Source: a virus. Taken from it: DNA of 64,000 nt. The stretch lies in the IMG/VR virus record IMGVR_UViG_3300047095_000292, positions 1 through 64,000 of that record; one strand, written 5' to 3'. The notes beneath the pieces are model-generated. The model saw nothing but the letters and a program-made list of their open reading frames with translations. It made no database searches and was not told the DNA's origin. A program made the position numbers and the translations under genes. Below are positions 50,569 to 58,956 of this stretch, in pieces (positions within the stretch are counted from its first letter, which is position 1; every line of letters begins with the position of its first letter).

Positions 50569-51020
50569 TTCTTGCCCCCTACAGAGTATCGCATCAGAAC
50601 AGCAAAGCATCCTAATGTAAGTGTAAGCTCACCGGACATTGCAGCAGGCGGTGGGTATGCCGCTAATGCCTCCAGAAAGGTCTCCTTCTGTGGCCAGTGT
50701 GCTGCAAAACAGGCAATCGTAGAGGTGCTCCATAGGAGGCTACCTAGTATGCTTTCGAAGACTAGCGTAATATAGTTTCTGATATTCATAACGACACTAT
50801 ACATACCTACGGATCCACTTATAAGAAAAGCAATAGCCCATAGATTCTCGTTTGCAATAGCTGCCATCAATGTGTATGTAGTACGACTCGGTGTAAACAA
50901 TACAACTGGCAGTAATAGTTGAAATGCCCAGAAAAGTGAACTAAGAGCGATAAGATATCGCACTGCAATAAAGTCAGCTTTCCAGAAGATACATGCATTT
51001 TTTCTAAGTAATGCTCTCAT
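50565..51020 (-). CDS. Multi-pass membrane protein
   Basis: 3-4 hydrophobic helices. Confidence 0.65.
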   Translation of the reverse strand: MRALLRKNACIFWKADFIAVRYLIALSSLFWAFQLLLPVVLFTPSRTTYTLMAAIANENLWAIAFLISGSVGMYSVVMNIRNYITLVFESILGSLLWSTSTIACFAAHWPQKETFLEALAAYPPPAAMSGELTLTLGCFAVLMRYSVGGKK

Positions 51021-51418
51021 AGATCTACACACCTTTCCTTGAGACGTACATTATGCTCTCTCAGACTGAATCTATATTTGTAACTTACAGTAGCTACCAC
51101 ACACCACTTTCCTGATAGACCTGGAGGAATTGGATGTACCTTTGTGTAATTAGTAGATCTGAGCGTTATTTCGGATAGGCTTATAACTCTACCATTTCCA
51201 TTAATAAGATCAGTTGTTATCTTGACAGTGTTATTATTAATATGCGTAAACTGCCTGGTAATAACAAGATGACCAGATGCTGTTGCTATTGTAACATTAG
51301 TTTCCTGCTCAACCAAAGGTGCCTCTAGATAGACAGTATCAACACCAGTCAGGAGAATACAAAATGTTAATACAAATACAATTATACCTATTCCTTTGGC
51401 GATTAGATTAGTGCTCAT
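51017..51418 (-). CDS. Membrane-anchored periplasmic-type protein
   Basis: N-terminal TM plus Ig-like beta domain with two Cys. Confidence 0.65.
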   Translation of the reverse strand: MSTNLIAKGIGIIVFVLTFCILLTGVDTVYLEAPLVEQETNVTIATASGHLVITRQFTHINNNTVKITTDLINGNGRVISLSEITLRSTNYTKVHPIPPGLSGKWCVVATVSYKYRFSLREHNVRLKERCVDL

Positions 51419-51864
51419 AATGCCACCTGTATCTTAAAGTATGACCATATAGCTAGCCCAGTAACTACTATGGCAGCCCATACAATACTCTTTACAACAA
51501 ATGTTGTAACTTCTATAATTAATTTCTTTCTATCAGCCTTAGAGTCTATGATGTCGACATGATAGTCATGATGACGAATAGGATCTTTCTGAGGAAATCC
51601 TGAGAGTACCTTCTCCTCTACATTATTCACGGCAGATAATAAAGTATCCTTAATAATCTTTATCTCCTTGTCTTCTTCATACATATGTCTATCTAATGTA
51701 TCCACTACTGACCTTAATTGGTGAGACATATCATCGAACTTTGCATCCATCGTTTCAAATTTCTGAAGCATTACCTGATGGTGTCCCTTAATTTCAGTGA
51801 CAAATAATTGTAATTCGTTAGTCTCATGATCATTGTCATGATTACCTTTATCTCGGATAACCAT
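51415..51864 (-). CDS. Coiled-coil protein with C-terminal TM (holin/antiholin-like)
   Basis: GFPQKDPIRHHDYH plus C-terminal TM; first gene after motif B. Confidence 0.65.
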   Translation of the reverse strand: MVIRDKGNHDNDHETNELQLFVTEIKGHHQVMLQKFETMDAKFDDMSHQLRSVVDTLDRHMYEEDKEIKIIKDTLLSAVNNVEEKVLSGFPQKDPIRHHDYHVDIIDSKADRKKLIIEVTTFVVKSIVWAAIVVTGLAIWSYFKIQVAL

Positions 51865-51941
51865 GGTATTTCCCTTGAATGTTAATGTAATTGTCTATTG
51901 AAAAATAATTATAATTACTATAATGATTATTTGTTATAATG

Positions 51942-52018
51942 ATTATATTTGTAATGATTATAATAATTAGTTATTATTAGTATTATATTTGTAATGATTA
52001 TAATAATTAGTTATTATT
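51942..52018. repeat. Two identical 37-bp direct repeats (40-bp period) in an extremely AT-rich tract
   Basis: ATTATATTTGTAATGATTATAATAATTAGTTATTATT at 51942 and 51982. Confidence 0.9.
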
Positions 52019-52152
52019 GTTCTTATTTGTAATAATGATTATTTAGATAACTTAGGTTGGTATAGCTATTGACAGTAATATTGATAGTATTACTGATAGT
52101 ATAATTATACCCTTTACTCTTATATAGCTGCTGGTAATAAAGGGGGGACAGG

Positions 52153-52176
52153 CTTATCATTAATTTAGCGGGTTCG
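52153..52176 (-). promoter_or_regulatory. Late promoter-like motif B, copy 2
   Basis: CGAACCCGCTAAATTAATGATAAG, upstream of the packaging/structural operon. Confidence 0.7.
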
Positions 52177-52231
52177 TGTAAGGAAATCTTTGACTATTTG
52201 TTACTAAAATCCCCCGTAGGAACTTGAAAAC

Positions 52232-52333
52232 AAAAAAAAAAAAAAAATAAAGGAGACCCTCTAACTAACACTATACCTACCCAATTAAGGGCAAGTATAG
52301 TGTTAGTTAGAGGGTCTCCAATTTTTATTTTTT
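52232..52333. terminator. Long perfect hairpin (25-bp stem) flanked by A- and T-tracts; likely bidirectional terminator
   Basis: GGAGACCCTCTAACTAACACTATAC (52252-52276) and its reverse complement (52295-52319). Confidence 0.85.
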
Positions 52334-52367
52334 TAATAGCTTCAAGACAGACCGAGTTGCGCCTCCA

Positions 52368-52781
52368 TCACCTTTCCCGTTCCTGTGCCAGTCGCGCATC
52401 AAGCGCAGAAGTGTCTTGTGGGAGGGCGAGGGCGTCAACTGCCGCGTCAAGTATGTGATCCAGTGCATCATACGCAGCAAGATCATTCCTATTTCCGCAC
52501 CAATGTTCGCTAATATGCAGCAACGCCGCCCGCAGCCTCGCATTGTCGGCCTGTGCTTCTGTACGCAGCCTATACTCGTTCTCCCATAGTTTCGTCATGG
52601 CGGCGAGTTGTTCTTGCAACGTATCGTTCCAGTTGTCCAGCTTCACGCCATACTGCGTCAGGTCATCCACCTGTCGGCGCAGGGTTTCGTATTCCTCGAC
52701 CGGGATCATCACTGTGTTGCAGACTCGGTTACTCATGTCCTGCTCGTACTGGGTCTGGCCTTGATCTGTGTCCTTGAACAT
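52368..52781 (-). CDS. Coiled-coil hypothetical protein (lambdoid-type accessory)
   Basis: Starts MFKDTDQG at a TGATG overlap; GC-richer islet. Confidence 0.6.
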   Translation of the reverse strand: MFKDTDQGQTQYEQDMSNRVCNTVMIPVEEYETLRRQVDDLTQYGVKLDNWNDTLQEQLAAMTKLWENEYRLRTEAQADNARLRAALLHISEHWCGNRNDLAAYDALDHILDAAVDALALPQDTSALDARLAQERER

Positions 52782-53017
52782 CACACTTCTCCTTCTGGTA
52801 GGCGGTAGAGGGGTTCTGCTTCGTACCACATCAACGGGCCATTCCTCTTAATCTCCGCAATCAGCGCGGCGCGGGAGGCTTGCCATGCTTCCCAATCGGT
52901 TTGCAGTGCTGAGAATTCGGTGTAGCGTTGCTCATCCTCATGCCATTTGCCATACATCTCAAGCGGTAACTTTGCCCGAGATACGAACCACTTCTCAAAC
53001 GCTTCTCGGCTAGTCAT
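52781..53017 (-). CDS. Hypothetical protein (SREAFEKW...WEAWQASRA family)
   Basis: Motif common in small lambdoid early genes. Confidence 0.7.
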   Translation of the reverse strand: MTSREAFEKWFVSRAKLPLEMYGKWHEDEQRYTEFSALQTDWEAWQASRAALIAEIKRNGPLMWYEAEPLYRLPEGEV

Positions 53018-53270
53018 CGTTCAACTCCTTTCTTGCCTTGTTCCAATGCTCGTAGGCGGCACCACTTGCGCCGCTAGGAAATGCGGCCTTGAGTGCCGCT
53101 TCGTAGTGTTCTATTGCTGCGATCAGCTTAAGGATGGTGGCGGGGTTGGCTAACCGACGGAACCTAGCTCCACACATAAGATCATTAGCAATAGCTTCAT
53201 CGTCATCGCCATTGGTCTTTGCATCTATCGCCGCCTCCGCAGCGGCCTTCAGTTCAGCGAGCTTGTTCAT
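53010..53270 (-). CDS. Ead/Ea22-like protein
   Basis: MNKLAELKAAAEAA...LANPATILKLIAAIE. Confidence 0.7.
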   Translation of the reverse strand: MNKLAELKAAAEAAIDAKTNGDDDEAIANDLMCGARFRRLANPATILKLIAAIEHYEAALKAAFPSGASGAAYEHWNKARKELNDD

Positions 53271-53985
53271 CGTGTTCTCCCATTGCTGCGTCGATGGCGT
53301 CACGCAGTTTGACCAACTCCGCGCAACTGATTCCGTAAAACACGCAGTCGGTGGCTCTACTTTCAATCAGAATCTGAGCGTGGCGTGGATTTGATTCAAG
53401 CCAATCCAACCGTGCAGCATCCTTCCGCAGTTCGGCGTTCTCAGCTCTCATATTTCCAATCTGTGTTAGCAGTAATTCCTCTCGCCTGATGGAGGCCATT
53501 AGATCGGCTTCCAGTTTAGCAATGCGCTCCTCGTAGAACGCTGTACTTCTACTGTGTAAGGTGTTCATCACTTCCCCTCCTTGCGCGGCGTCGATCATAT
53601 AGCGCCACGCTTTCTTAGCGTCGTGTCTCATGCCTTTAACTTGAACAGGCTCCCACGAATCGGGCCAGACACTGTTCTCTTGAAATGAAGCCATACCCAT
53701 AGCGCCTTGCTCAATCATCGCCTCAGTCGGCTCCCTCGGCACAAGCACCATGCCTTCAGGTATCGCGGCTGCGAGCGGGAAGGTGTACAAGTACATATCC
53801 TCCTCGTCATCCTTCGGTTCTTTTGAGGCAATCCAATACAACTCGCGCCCTTCTGCTATTGCCACCGGCTCCTGCGCTTCCTGTACTGCTGCGATCAGGC
53901 GGTGTGCGAAGTCGAGCATCTGTAGTTCAGGGGCTATGTTCAATTCCCTAACCACGCGCAGCGCAATCTCGTCAATGTTCATCAT
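53254..53985 (-). CDS. Mosaic hypothetical protein
   Basis: QEPVA, IPEGMVLVPREPTEAMI and LRKDAARLDWL modules typical of lambdoid accessory genes. Confidence 0.7.
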   Translation of the reverse strand: MMNIDEIALRVVRELNIAPELQMLDFAHRLIAAVQEAQEPVAIAEGRELYWIASKEPKDDEEDMYLYTFPLAAAIPEGMVLVPREPTEAMIEQGAMGMASFQENSVWPDSWEPVQVKGMRHDAKKAWRYMIDAAQGGEVMNTLHSRSTAFYEERIAKLEADLMASIRREELLLTQIGNMRAENAELRKDAARLDWLESNPRHAQILIESRATDCVFYGISCAELVKLRDAIDAAMGEHDEQAR

Positions 53986-54043
53986 TTCTCCTTGGTGTAT
54001 AACTCAGTGGACGCACCATCTAGGGTACACATCGCGTTAGCCG

Positions 54044-54262
54044 TCATCTGTATGTTGCGGGCGGTATCACCCAAAAGTGTTTCACGTCACCGTCCAGCCG
54101 GACCGCCAAGCCGTCACAAATGTGCTTTTGGCCCGTCGCTTCACTTTCATCCTCGACATAGAGGAAATAGTTAAGGGATCGGTCTGCGAGTTTCTTTATC
54201 TCGCCGCCTGTAAGTGCGGTTTGGTCAGTTTCGTAAGCAACCGCATCAACGGTATTCCACAC
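54044..54262 (-). CDS. Multiubiquitin-domain (prokaryotic Ubl)-like protein ending ...PPATYR
   Basis: VDAVAYETDQTALTGGEIKKLA...YFLYVE...VRLDGDVKHFWVIPPAT, a beta-grasp pattern. Confidence 0.7.
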   Translation of the reverse strand: MWNTVDAVAYETDQTALTGGEIKKLADRSLNYFLYVEDESEATGQKHICDGLAVRLDGDVKHFWVIPPATYR

Positions 54263-54272
54263 AGAGTTATCC

Positions 54273-54431
54273 TTAAAAGTTCATTTCAAGAAAGTCCAGC
54301 AGATCTTCCATCTTTTCAAATGTCTTGCTCTGAGGACGATCTTCTGCTTGGAACCATTTAATCATAATCTTACCGGATGCTGTAGGAACAACTGTGAAAT
54401 TCGTCCAATCAAATACTGGAAGGTCAGACAT
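54273..54431 (-). CDS. Hypothetical protein (52 aa, not in ORF track)
   Basis: MSDLPVFDWTNFTVVPTASGKIMIKW...; AAGGA RBS. Confidence 0.55.
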   Translation of the reverse strand: MSDLPVFDWTNFTVVPTASGKIMIKWFQAEDRPQSKTFEKMEDLLDFLEMNF

Positions 54432-54594
54432 TTTTAATTTCCTTTTGTTTGCTCTTCAATAGTGCTTTAGAAAAAGCGATAAGTTCATCATTATTGCTCA
54501 TGAATGTATGCAGCCTTAAAACATTATTGCGTCTATCTACAATGTGCTTGTCAGCTATCTTTAATATTGCCTTGCGAAGTTTACTTTCATCCAT
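54424..54594 (-). CDS. Hypothetical protein (56 aa, not in ORF track)
   Basis: MDESKLRKAILKIADKHIV...; AGGAG RBS. Confidence 0.55.
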   Translation of the reverse strand: MDESKLRKAILKIADKHIVDRRNNVLRLHTFMSNNDELIAFSKALLKSKQKEIKNV

Positions 54595-54686
54595 CTTTTC
54601 TTCTCCTGTTTACTACGTAAAATCCTTATAGATAACTACGGTATTCTATAGTTATACTAAAGACTCTCCTAGTCTGCTAAGCTCTA

Positions 54687-55697
54687 CTAGTATCGCCCAG
54701 CGATCACTGTCTTAATATCCTTCAGGTGACGATAGAATCCGCCTCCAGTTATCTTAAACTTATTCTGGATACGACCACTAATCCATTTAGCAAGTTCGTC
54801 TGCATCATTGTTTGACATATCTTTTGGATACTCAATACGAATACTTGCGCCTTGTTGAATTTTACTAAGCAGCTCTTCAACTTCTAACTGATAAGGTGTC
54901 CATGTACTTGGTCCCCTAGATTTCTTATAAGGAGCATCTGTTGTTTCCATCTTAGGTTCCTTACGTAGCTCTGCCAAGATTTCCTTCAACAACTGTGTTT
55001 GTTCTTCTACCATAGCCTTCCATATAGGATGCACTTCTGCATTTGAAGCAATATCTTTTAATAGCCTGTCAGTAGCTTTCTTAAGATCCTCTTTATCAGC
55101 CGTAACATTCATTGTTTTCATTCCTTTGTTTTGATTAGGGATATGTGGTATTTTTAATTCACTAGGCAATTTATATAGTAAATTCGGAAATGTACCAGAC
55201 TCTACAATATCACCTGTCTTAATTAAATACTGTACCCATTCTTTAACAGTTGCATCTGGCATATGCAATGCTTGGATACTTGAGTCTCTTGCTAATTTCT
55301 TTACGCTTTTAGGACCTACTGCAAGCGCAGCTTTAAATGTCTTCGCTACAATATCAGCTCTAAATTTCTCAGACTCTGGTAGAGCTTCGTAAAATTTCAT
55401 ACAAGCGAAGCAAAAGCTGCTTCCATCCTCATATTCTTGTCTTGAGTCTTTATTACCACACTTACAGGGTAAATTGCGTTTTACTATTAATCCCATTTGG
55501 GATTCCCATTTTGTAATGCGGCGAATATCTCGTCTGACACTTAGCAGGAATTGTTTATCGCTAGAGGTACCTGCGATAGATATGACCTGTCCTTTGGGTG
55601 ATTTTAGCTTGTAATGCTTGCCTCCATTTGTAAGTTCCCAACCTGTTTTAAGTAGTGGCGCGAGTAGCTCATCTAGCTCTTTAGACTGTGTCTGCAT
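54687..55697 (-). CDS. Multidomain protein: HicA-like N-terminus, T7-primase-type Zn finger, winged-helix-like region
   Basis: GWELTNGGKHYKLKSPKGQVISIAGTSSD; LPCKCGNKDSRQEYEDGSSFCFAC. Confidence 0.65.
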   Translation of the reverse strand: MQTQSKELDELLAPLLKTGWELTNGGKHYKLKSPKGQVISIAGTSSDKQFLLSVRRDIRRITKWESQMGLIVKRNLPCKCGNKDSRQEYEDGSSFCFACMKFYEALPESEKFRADIVAKTFKAALAVGPKSVKKLARDSSIQALHMPDATVKEWVQYLIKTGDIVESGTFPNLLYKLPSELKIPHIPNQNKGMKTMNVTADKEDLKKATDRLLKDIASNAEVHPIWKAMVEEQTQLLKEILAELRKEPKMETTDAPYKKSRGPSTWTPYQLEVEELLSKIQQGASIRIEYPKDMSNNDADELAKWISGRIQNKFKITGGGFYRHLKDIKTVIAGRY

Positions 55698-55751
55698 GAT
55701 ATTCCTTTAAATAAGAGAAGGTTTATAGTATAAAGCATATCACTATTTTCC

Positions 55752-56633
55752 TTAATCACTCGGTCGTAGTCTGTAAGTCTTTTCTACTTTATATCCAACA
55801 CCTGCATTAACTATCGTATCCTGTATCCAGTATGTGACATACCCATCTTTGGTTTTAAAGCGATGGTCATGTCCCATGCGAATATGTTCTCCTGGTCGAT
55901 ATCTTTCAACTATATCAGTCTCATCTGGAGCTTCAGCGTTGCTGCTGCTAATCTTGTTCTTAACCTCTATGACTAGCTCCTTATAATGTGTACCAATCCG
56001 TTCCTTCAGCTTACAACCCTTCTTAAGTCTAGGGGTAGAATCCCTCACTGTCACATTCTTACAAGCAAGCAGCATCATCATTTGTAGCACACTGGTAAAT
56101 ACCCAGTTCATTCTGCCGACATAAACTTCACTACCTTTAAATTGGTACAGGCCTACCTTTTGTCCACCTAAGTTTTTAGGGCGATAGTAACCAACTATGC
56201 GGCCATCTTCCATTGGAACTGTAGGATTTCCTTCTACAACAATTTCAACCTCATCTTCTTTTAGAACAAAAGTCGCAAGAATTGGAGCAAATAGCCAGCT
56301 AGCACCTATGGTACGGGTAATATAGAGCATCTGTATTGCTTCACCAGGTCCGGTTTGCGAGAGCATAAGAATATCACACAGATCACCTTTTTCAAAGCCC
56401 TCTTGAAACTCAAGTACCATATGTCTATACGGAAGACAGAAGCGTCTCACTGTAAACTTCTTTGAACTAATCAATACACCGTTATTAGGCAACTTAAATA
56501 CTGGAGCCTTTTTATATACACGCAGTGCATTTTCAAGTATATCACTAGCTTGCATAAAGGCAGTATCAGCCCCTGCAGGCTCTTTAGGAAGGTAGACATC
56601 ATCCTTCTTGATCTGACTAATAAACGTCTTCAT
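55752..56633 (-). CDS. Conserved phage protein with C-terminal HxRxGH motif
   Basis: PGEHIRMGHDHRF...YWIQDTIVN. Confidence 0.7.
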   Translation of the reverse strand: MKTFISQIKKDDVYLPKEPAGADTAFMQASDILENALRVYKKAPVFKLPNNGVLISSKKFTVRRFCLPYRHMVLEFQEGFEKGDLCDILMLSQTGPGEAIQMLYITRTIGASWLFAPILATFVLKEDEVEIVVEGNPTVPMEDGRIVGYYRPKNLGGQKVGLYQFKGSEVYVGRMNWVFTSVLQMMMLLACKNVTVRDSTPRLKKGCKLKERIGTHYKELVIEVKNKISSSNAEAPDETDIVERYRPGEHIRMGHDHRFKTKDGYVTYWIQDTIVNAGVGYKVEKTYRLRPSD

Positions 56634-57064
56634 TTCTCTTTTCTCCTTTTATTGTACTCGAGAAGAACTCTAGAAAGGTGCACTCCCAAACGATCTGAAA
56701 TGCTAACGTAGAGTCTTCCGACCCCGATCATATCTCACGTAACAGGGCATTCTAAAGTTCAACCGGCTACAAGCTAGAGAGCGACTCTAACATGACGCTA
56801 GGGTTACTTGCTTCCCTTTGTCCCTTCTATGACTCCCCAAATTTCCCATCTCTAGGTCTTTGAAAAGGCGGACAGGTTAGACTCTAGGAATCTCTTATAT
56901 AACCCGATCCATGCCTAGAACATGGACTTTTTTGCGCGTTCTCTCGCTAAAGAGAACATCTCAATTAAACTTCCTTTTCAGGTTAGTCAGGGTATCTTTA
57001 AGCGTAGCAAACACTGTTAAGTGTCTGACCCTGACTTTCACAGGGTTGTACCTAGCAGATCTTG

Positions 57065-57313
57065 TTACCTTGCTACACAGAGTACATGCATTAAATCTGA
57101 GTGATCATTATCAGCATTGAATAGCAATTTGAAACGTTGACCAGTCTTGCTATTAACCATGATAATATAAGCAGGGTCTACATCACCTATATGCTTATCA
57201 TACATTGCAGTCCAGGCACCACTAACTTGTACACCCATGTTATATGCATCATGATTGAATGGGTTAGCACCTACTGGAATTGGGTCCATTTGAACTATTT
57301 GCGGTAGTTTCAT
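57065..57313 (-). CDS. Hypothetical protein (82 aa; true start MKLPQIV)
   Basis: AAGGAG RBS downstream of the T tract. Confidence 0.65.
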   Translation of the reverse strand: MKLPQIVQMDPIPVGANPFNHDAYNMGVQVSGAWTAMYDKHIGDVDPAYIIMVNSKTGQRFKLLFNADNDHSDLMHVLCVAR

Positions 57314-57333
57314 TTTGTTTCTCCTTTGTAAAC

Positions 57334-57392
57334 AAAAAAAAAAAAAAAAAAAAAAAAAATAATGGACAGGTACTGTTTCCAATCCCTGTCTA
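57334..57392 (-). terminator. Intrinsic terminator with 26-nt T tract
   Basis: GACAGG...CCTGTC hairpin directly followed by poly-T on the minus strand. Confidence 0.75.
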
Positions 57393-57401
57393 TATTCCCT
57401 T

Positions 57402-57533
57402 TTAAAGAATCGTCCACTCAGCATCTTCGCGTTTAAAGCCAAGGTCATCTACAAGACCTTCAATCAGTTCATTTCGGTTCATATAGGAATGTTCCTTGAT
57501 GTACTGTACAACTTGCCAGTCGCGTTCACTCAT
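57402..57533 (-). CDS. Hypothetical protein (43 aa)
   Basis: MSERDWQVVQYIKEH...; AAGGAG RBS. Confidence 0.6.
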   Translation of the reverse strand: MSERDWQVVQYIKEHSYMNRNELIEGLVDDLGFKREDAEWTIL

Positions 57534-57619
57534 GGTGCTCTCCTTTGGTTATGAAACAAAGTATTCATGGTAAGCCCTAGCTCCCAGTATTGCGCTAGGA
57601 TTTACACTAAAGCTTTTCT

Positions 57620-57727
57620 TTACAGGTCAAACAGCTTCATGGCTTCTTCGCGTGATGCGAAGATTCCCATTACAACGTGGTCTGCGGACATGACCAGGAA
57701 ACCGTGATGTGTTTTGCGGATTGCCAT
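57620..57727 (-). CDS. Hypothetical peptide (35 aa)
   Basis: MAIRKTHHGFLVMS...GIFASREEA; AAGGAG RBS; directly after motif A copy 4. Confidence 0.65.
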   Translation of the reverse strand: MAIRKTHHGFLVMSADHVVMGIFASREEAMKLFDL

Positions 57728-57754
57728 TTTAAAGCTCCTTTTGTGGTGGTGGTT

Positions 57755-57784
57755 GTATTCATATAAGATACCACAAAAGCCGCA
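57755..57784 (-). promoter_or_regulatory. Phage promoter-like motif A, copy 4
   Basis: TGCGGCTTTTGTGGTATCTTATATGAATAC. Confidence 0.7.
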
Positions 57785-57786
57785 GT

Positions 57787-58515
57787 TTAAAGAGGCCGAC
57801 AAATGATATTAAATGACACTATATTTTCTTTCCAGATACTCTTCTCATTCTTGAAGAAATTATTTGGTCTGAATAAAGGAGGTTGATGCAGCTTTGTACG
57901 GTATCCCAGATCCCAAATATACTTTCGAAGCATTGGGCTATTTTCCTTTCGGTCATCCTCAAGGTAAATAATAGGACGACAACGTTTAATTGTCTCAGTT
58001 GCTCCTTTTAGGACTTCTAACTCAAATCCCTCAACGTCAATTTTCATAAAGCCAACATCAGGGTATTCAAGTGCATCAATTGCGACTACAGGTACCTTGA
58101 TACTTCCAAGTTCTCCCATCTTTCCTACAGATACGCCACCATGATTTACCTTTGTATCCGTAGCAAGTAGAGGCATAATTGTTTCACCAAGGCAACTACC
58201 CACTGCTGCATTATGAATTACGCCTTTGACATTCATTGCAGTAACTTTTACAATATTAGGTTGTGGCTCAAATGCCTCACAGGTAAAGCCAGCTACTTCT
58301 AGAGCCTGACTAATGCATCCGAAGTTAGAGCCAATGTCCAGACACAGACGATTCTTACCAGCCTCTGTAGCAAGACTAATAATCATCTCTGTTTCTTCTG
58401 GACTGAACTCTCCGTAATTTTCAAGGCTAGGCGCAATGTAAATATCATTCTCTAGATAGTAGGTTGTTCCCCAACGGCCCTCAATACTCTTCATGTACCA
58501 TTTCTCCTCTTGCAT
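57787..58515 (-). CDS. FkbM-family methyltransferase
   Basis: LDIGSNFG, AFEPQP, FMKIDVEGFELEVLKGA...RPIIYLE. Confidence 0.9.
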   Translation of the reverse strand: MQEEKWYMKSIEGRWGTTYYLENDIYIAPSLENYGEFSPEETEMIISLATEAGKNRLCLDIGSNFGCISQALEVAGFTCEAFEPQPNIVKVTAMNVKGVIHNAAVGSCLGETIMPLLATDTKVNHGGVSVGKMGELGSIKVPVVAIDALEYPDVGFMKIDVEGFELEVLKGATETIKRCRPIIYLEDDRKENSPMLRKYIWDLGYRTKLHQPPLFRPNNFFKNEKSIWKENIVSFNIICRPL

Positions 58516-58825
58516 TACTATAAATTACATTCCTAATTCCAAATGCCTTGATAGCAGCCATACAGATAGGGCATGGCTTAGCATTACGAAGATACTGATC
58601 TTTATTATAACGAGTAACCCAGATAGTATGTATCTGCTTAGTCTTACATTTAAGAATGGCTGCGATCTCTGCATGCAGGTTGATCTTATTAGGCAACCCT
58701 ACTTTACGTGCAAAGTGAGCTTGCAAGGGATGCGACTTACTATAATTGTTTACAGCTGTTGCTATCATTTGATTGCCACGATTAAAGCATGCTGCATGTA
58801 TTTTGTACAGTGTTTTCTTTCGCAT
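58481..58825 (-). CDS. Zn-dependent nucleoside/nucleotide deaminase-fold protein
   Basis: HAEIAAI...KPCPIC. Confidence 0.85.
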   Translation of the reverse strand: MRKKTLYKIHAACFNRGNQMIATAVNNYSKSHPLQAHFARKVGLPNKINLHAEIAAILKCKTKQIHTIWVTRYNKDQYLRNAKPCPICMAAIKAFGIRNVIYSNARGEMVHEEY

Positions 58826-58956
58826 TATATAATCTTAAGCCCATTTAAGACAGCACCTAGTAAAAATAGAATACCTAAAGTAAGAGCTACGGGTGGTCTA
58901 AGATGCGGTGCAATGTAGATAACTCCAATTATTACTAAGAACTGTCCGTTTGTCAT
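58825..58956 (-). CDS. Small 2-TM membrane protein (43 aa)
   Basis: MTNGQFLVIIGVIYIAPHLRPPVALTLGILFLLGAVL; abuts both neighbours. Confidence 0.6.
   Translation of the reverse strand: MTNGQFLVIIGVIYIAPHLRPPVALTLGILFLLGAVLNGLKII

Noticed and set aside
51942-52018. 37-bp direct repeats as a mini-CRISPR
   Set aside because: Only a 3-nt gap between copies, low complexity, no cas genes
57065-57448. 127-aa ORF with poly-Phe
   Set aside because: The poly-Phe is the terminator T tract; the credible start is ATG 57313 with its own RBS
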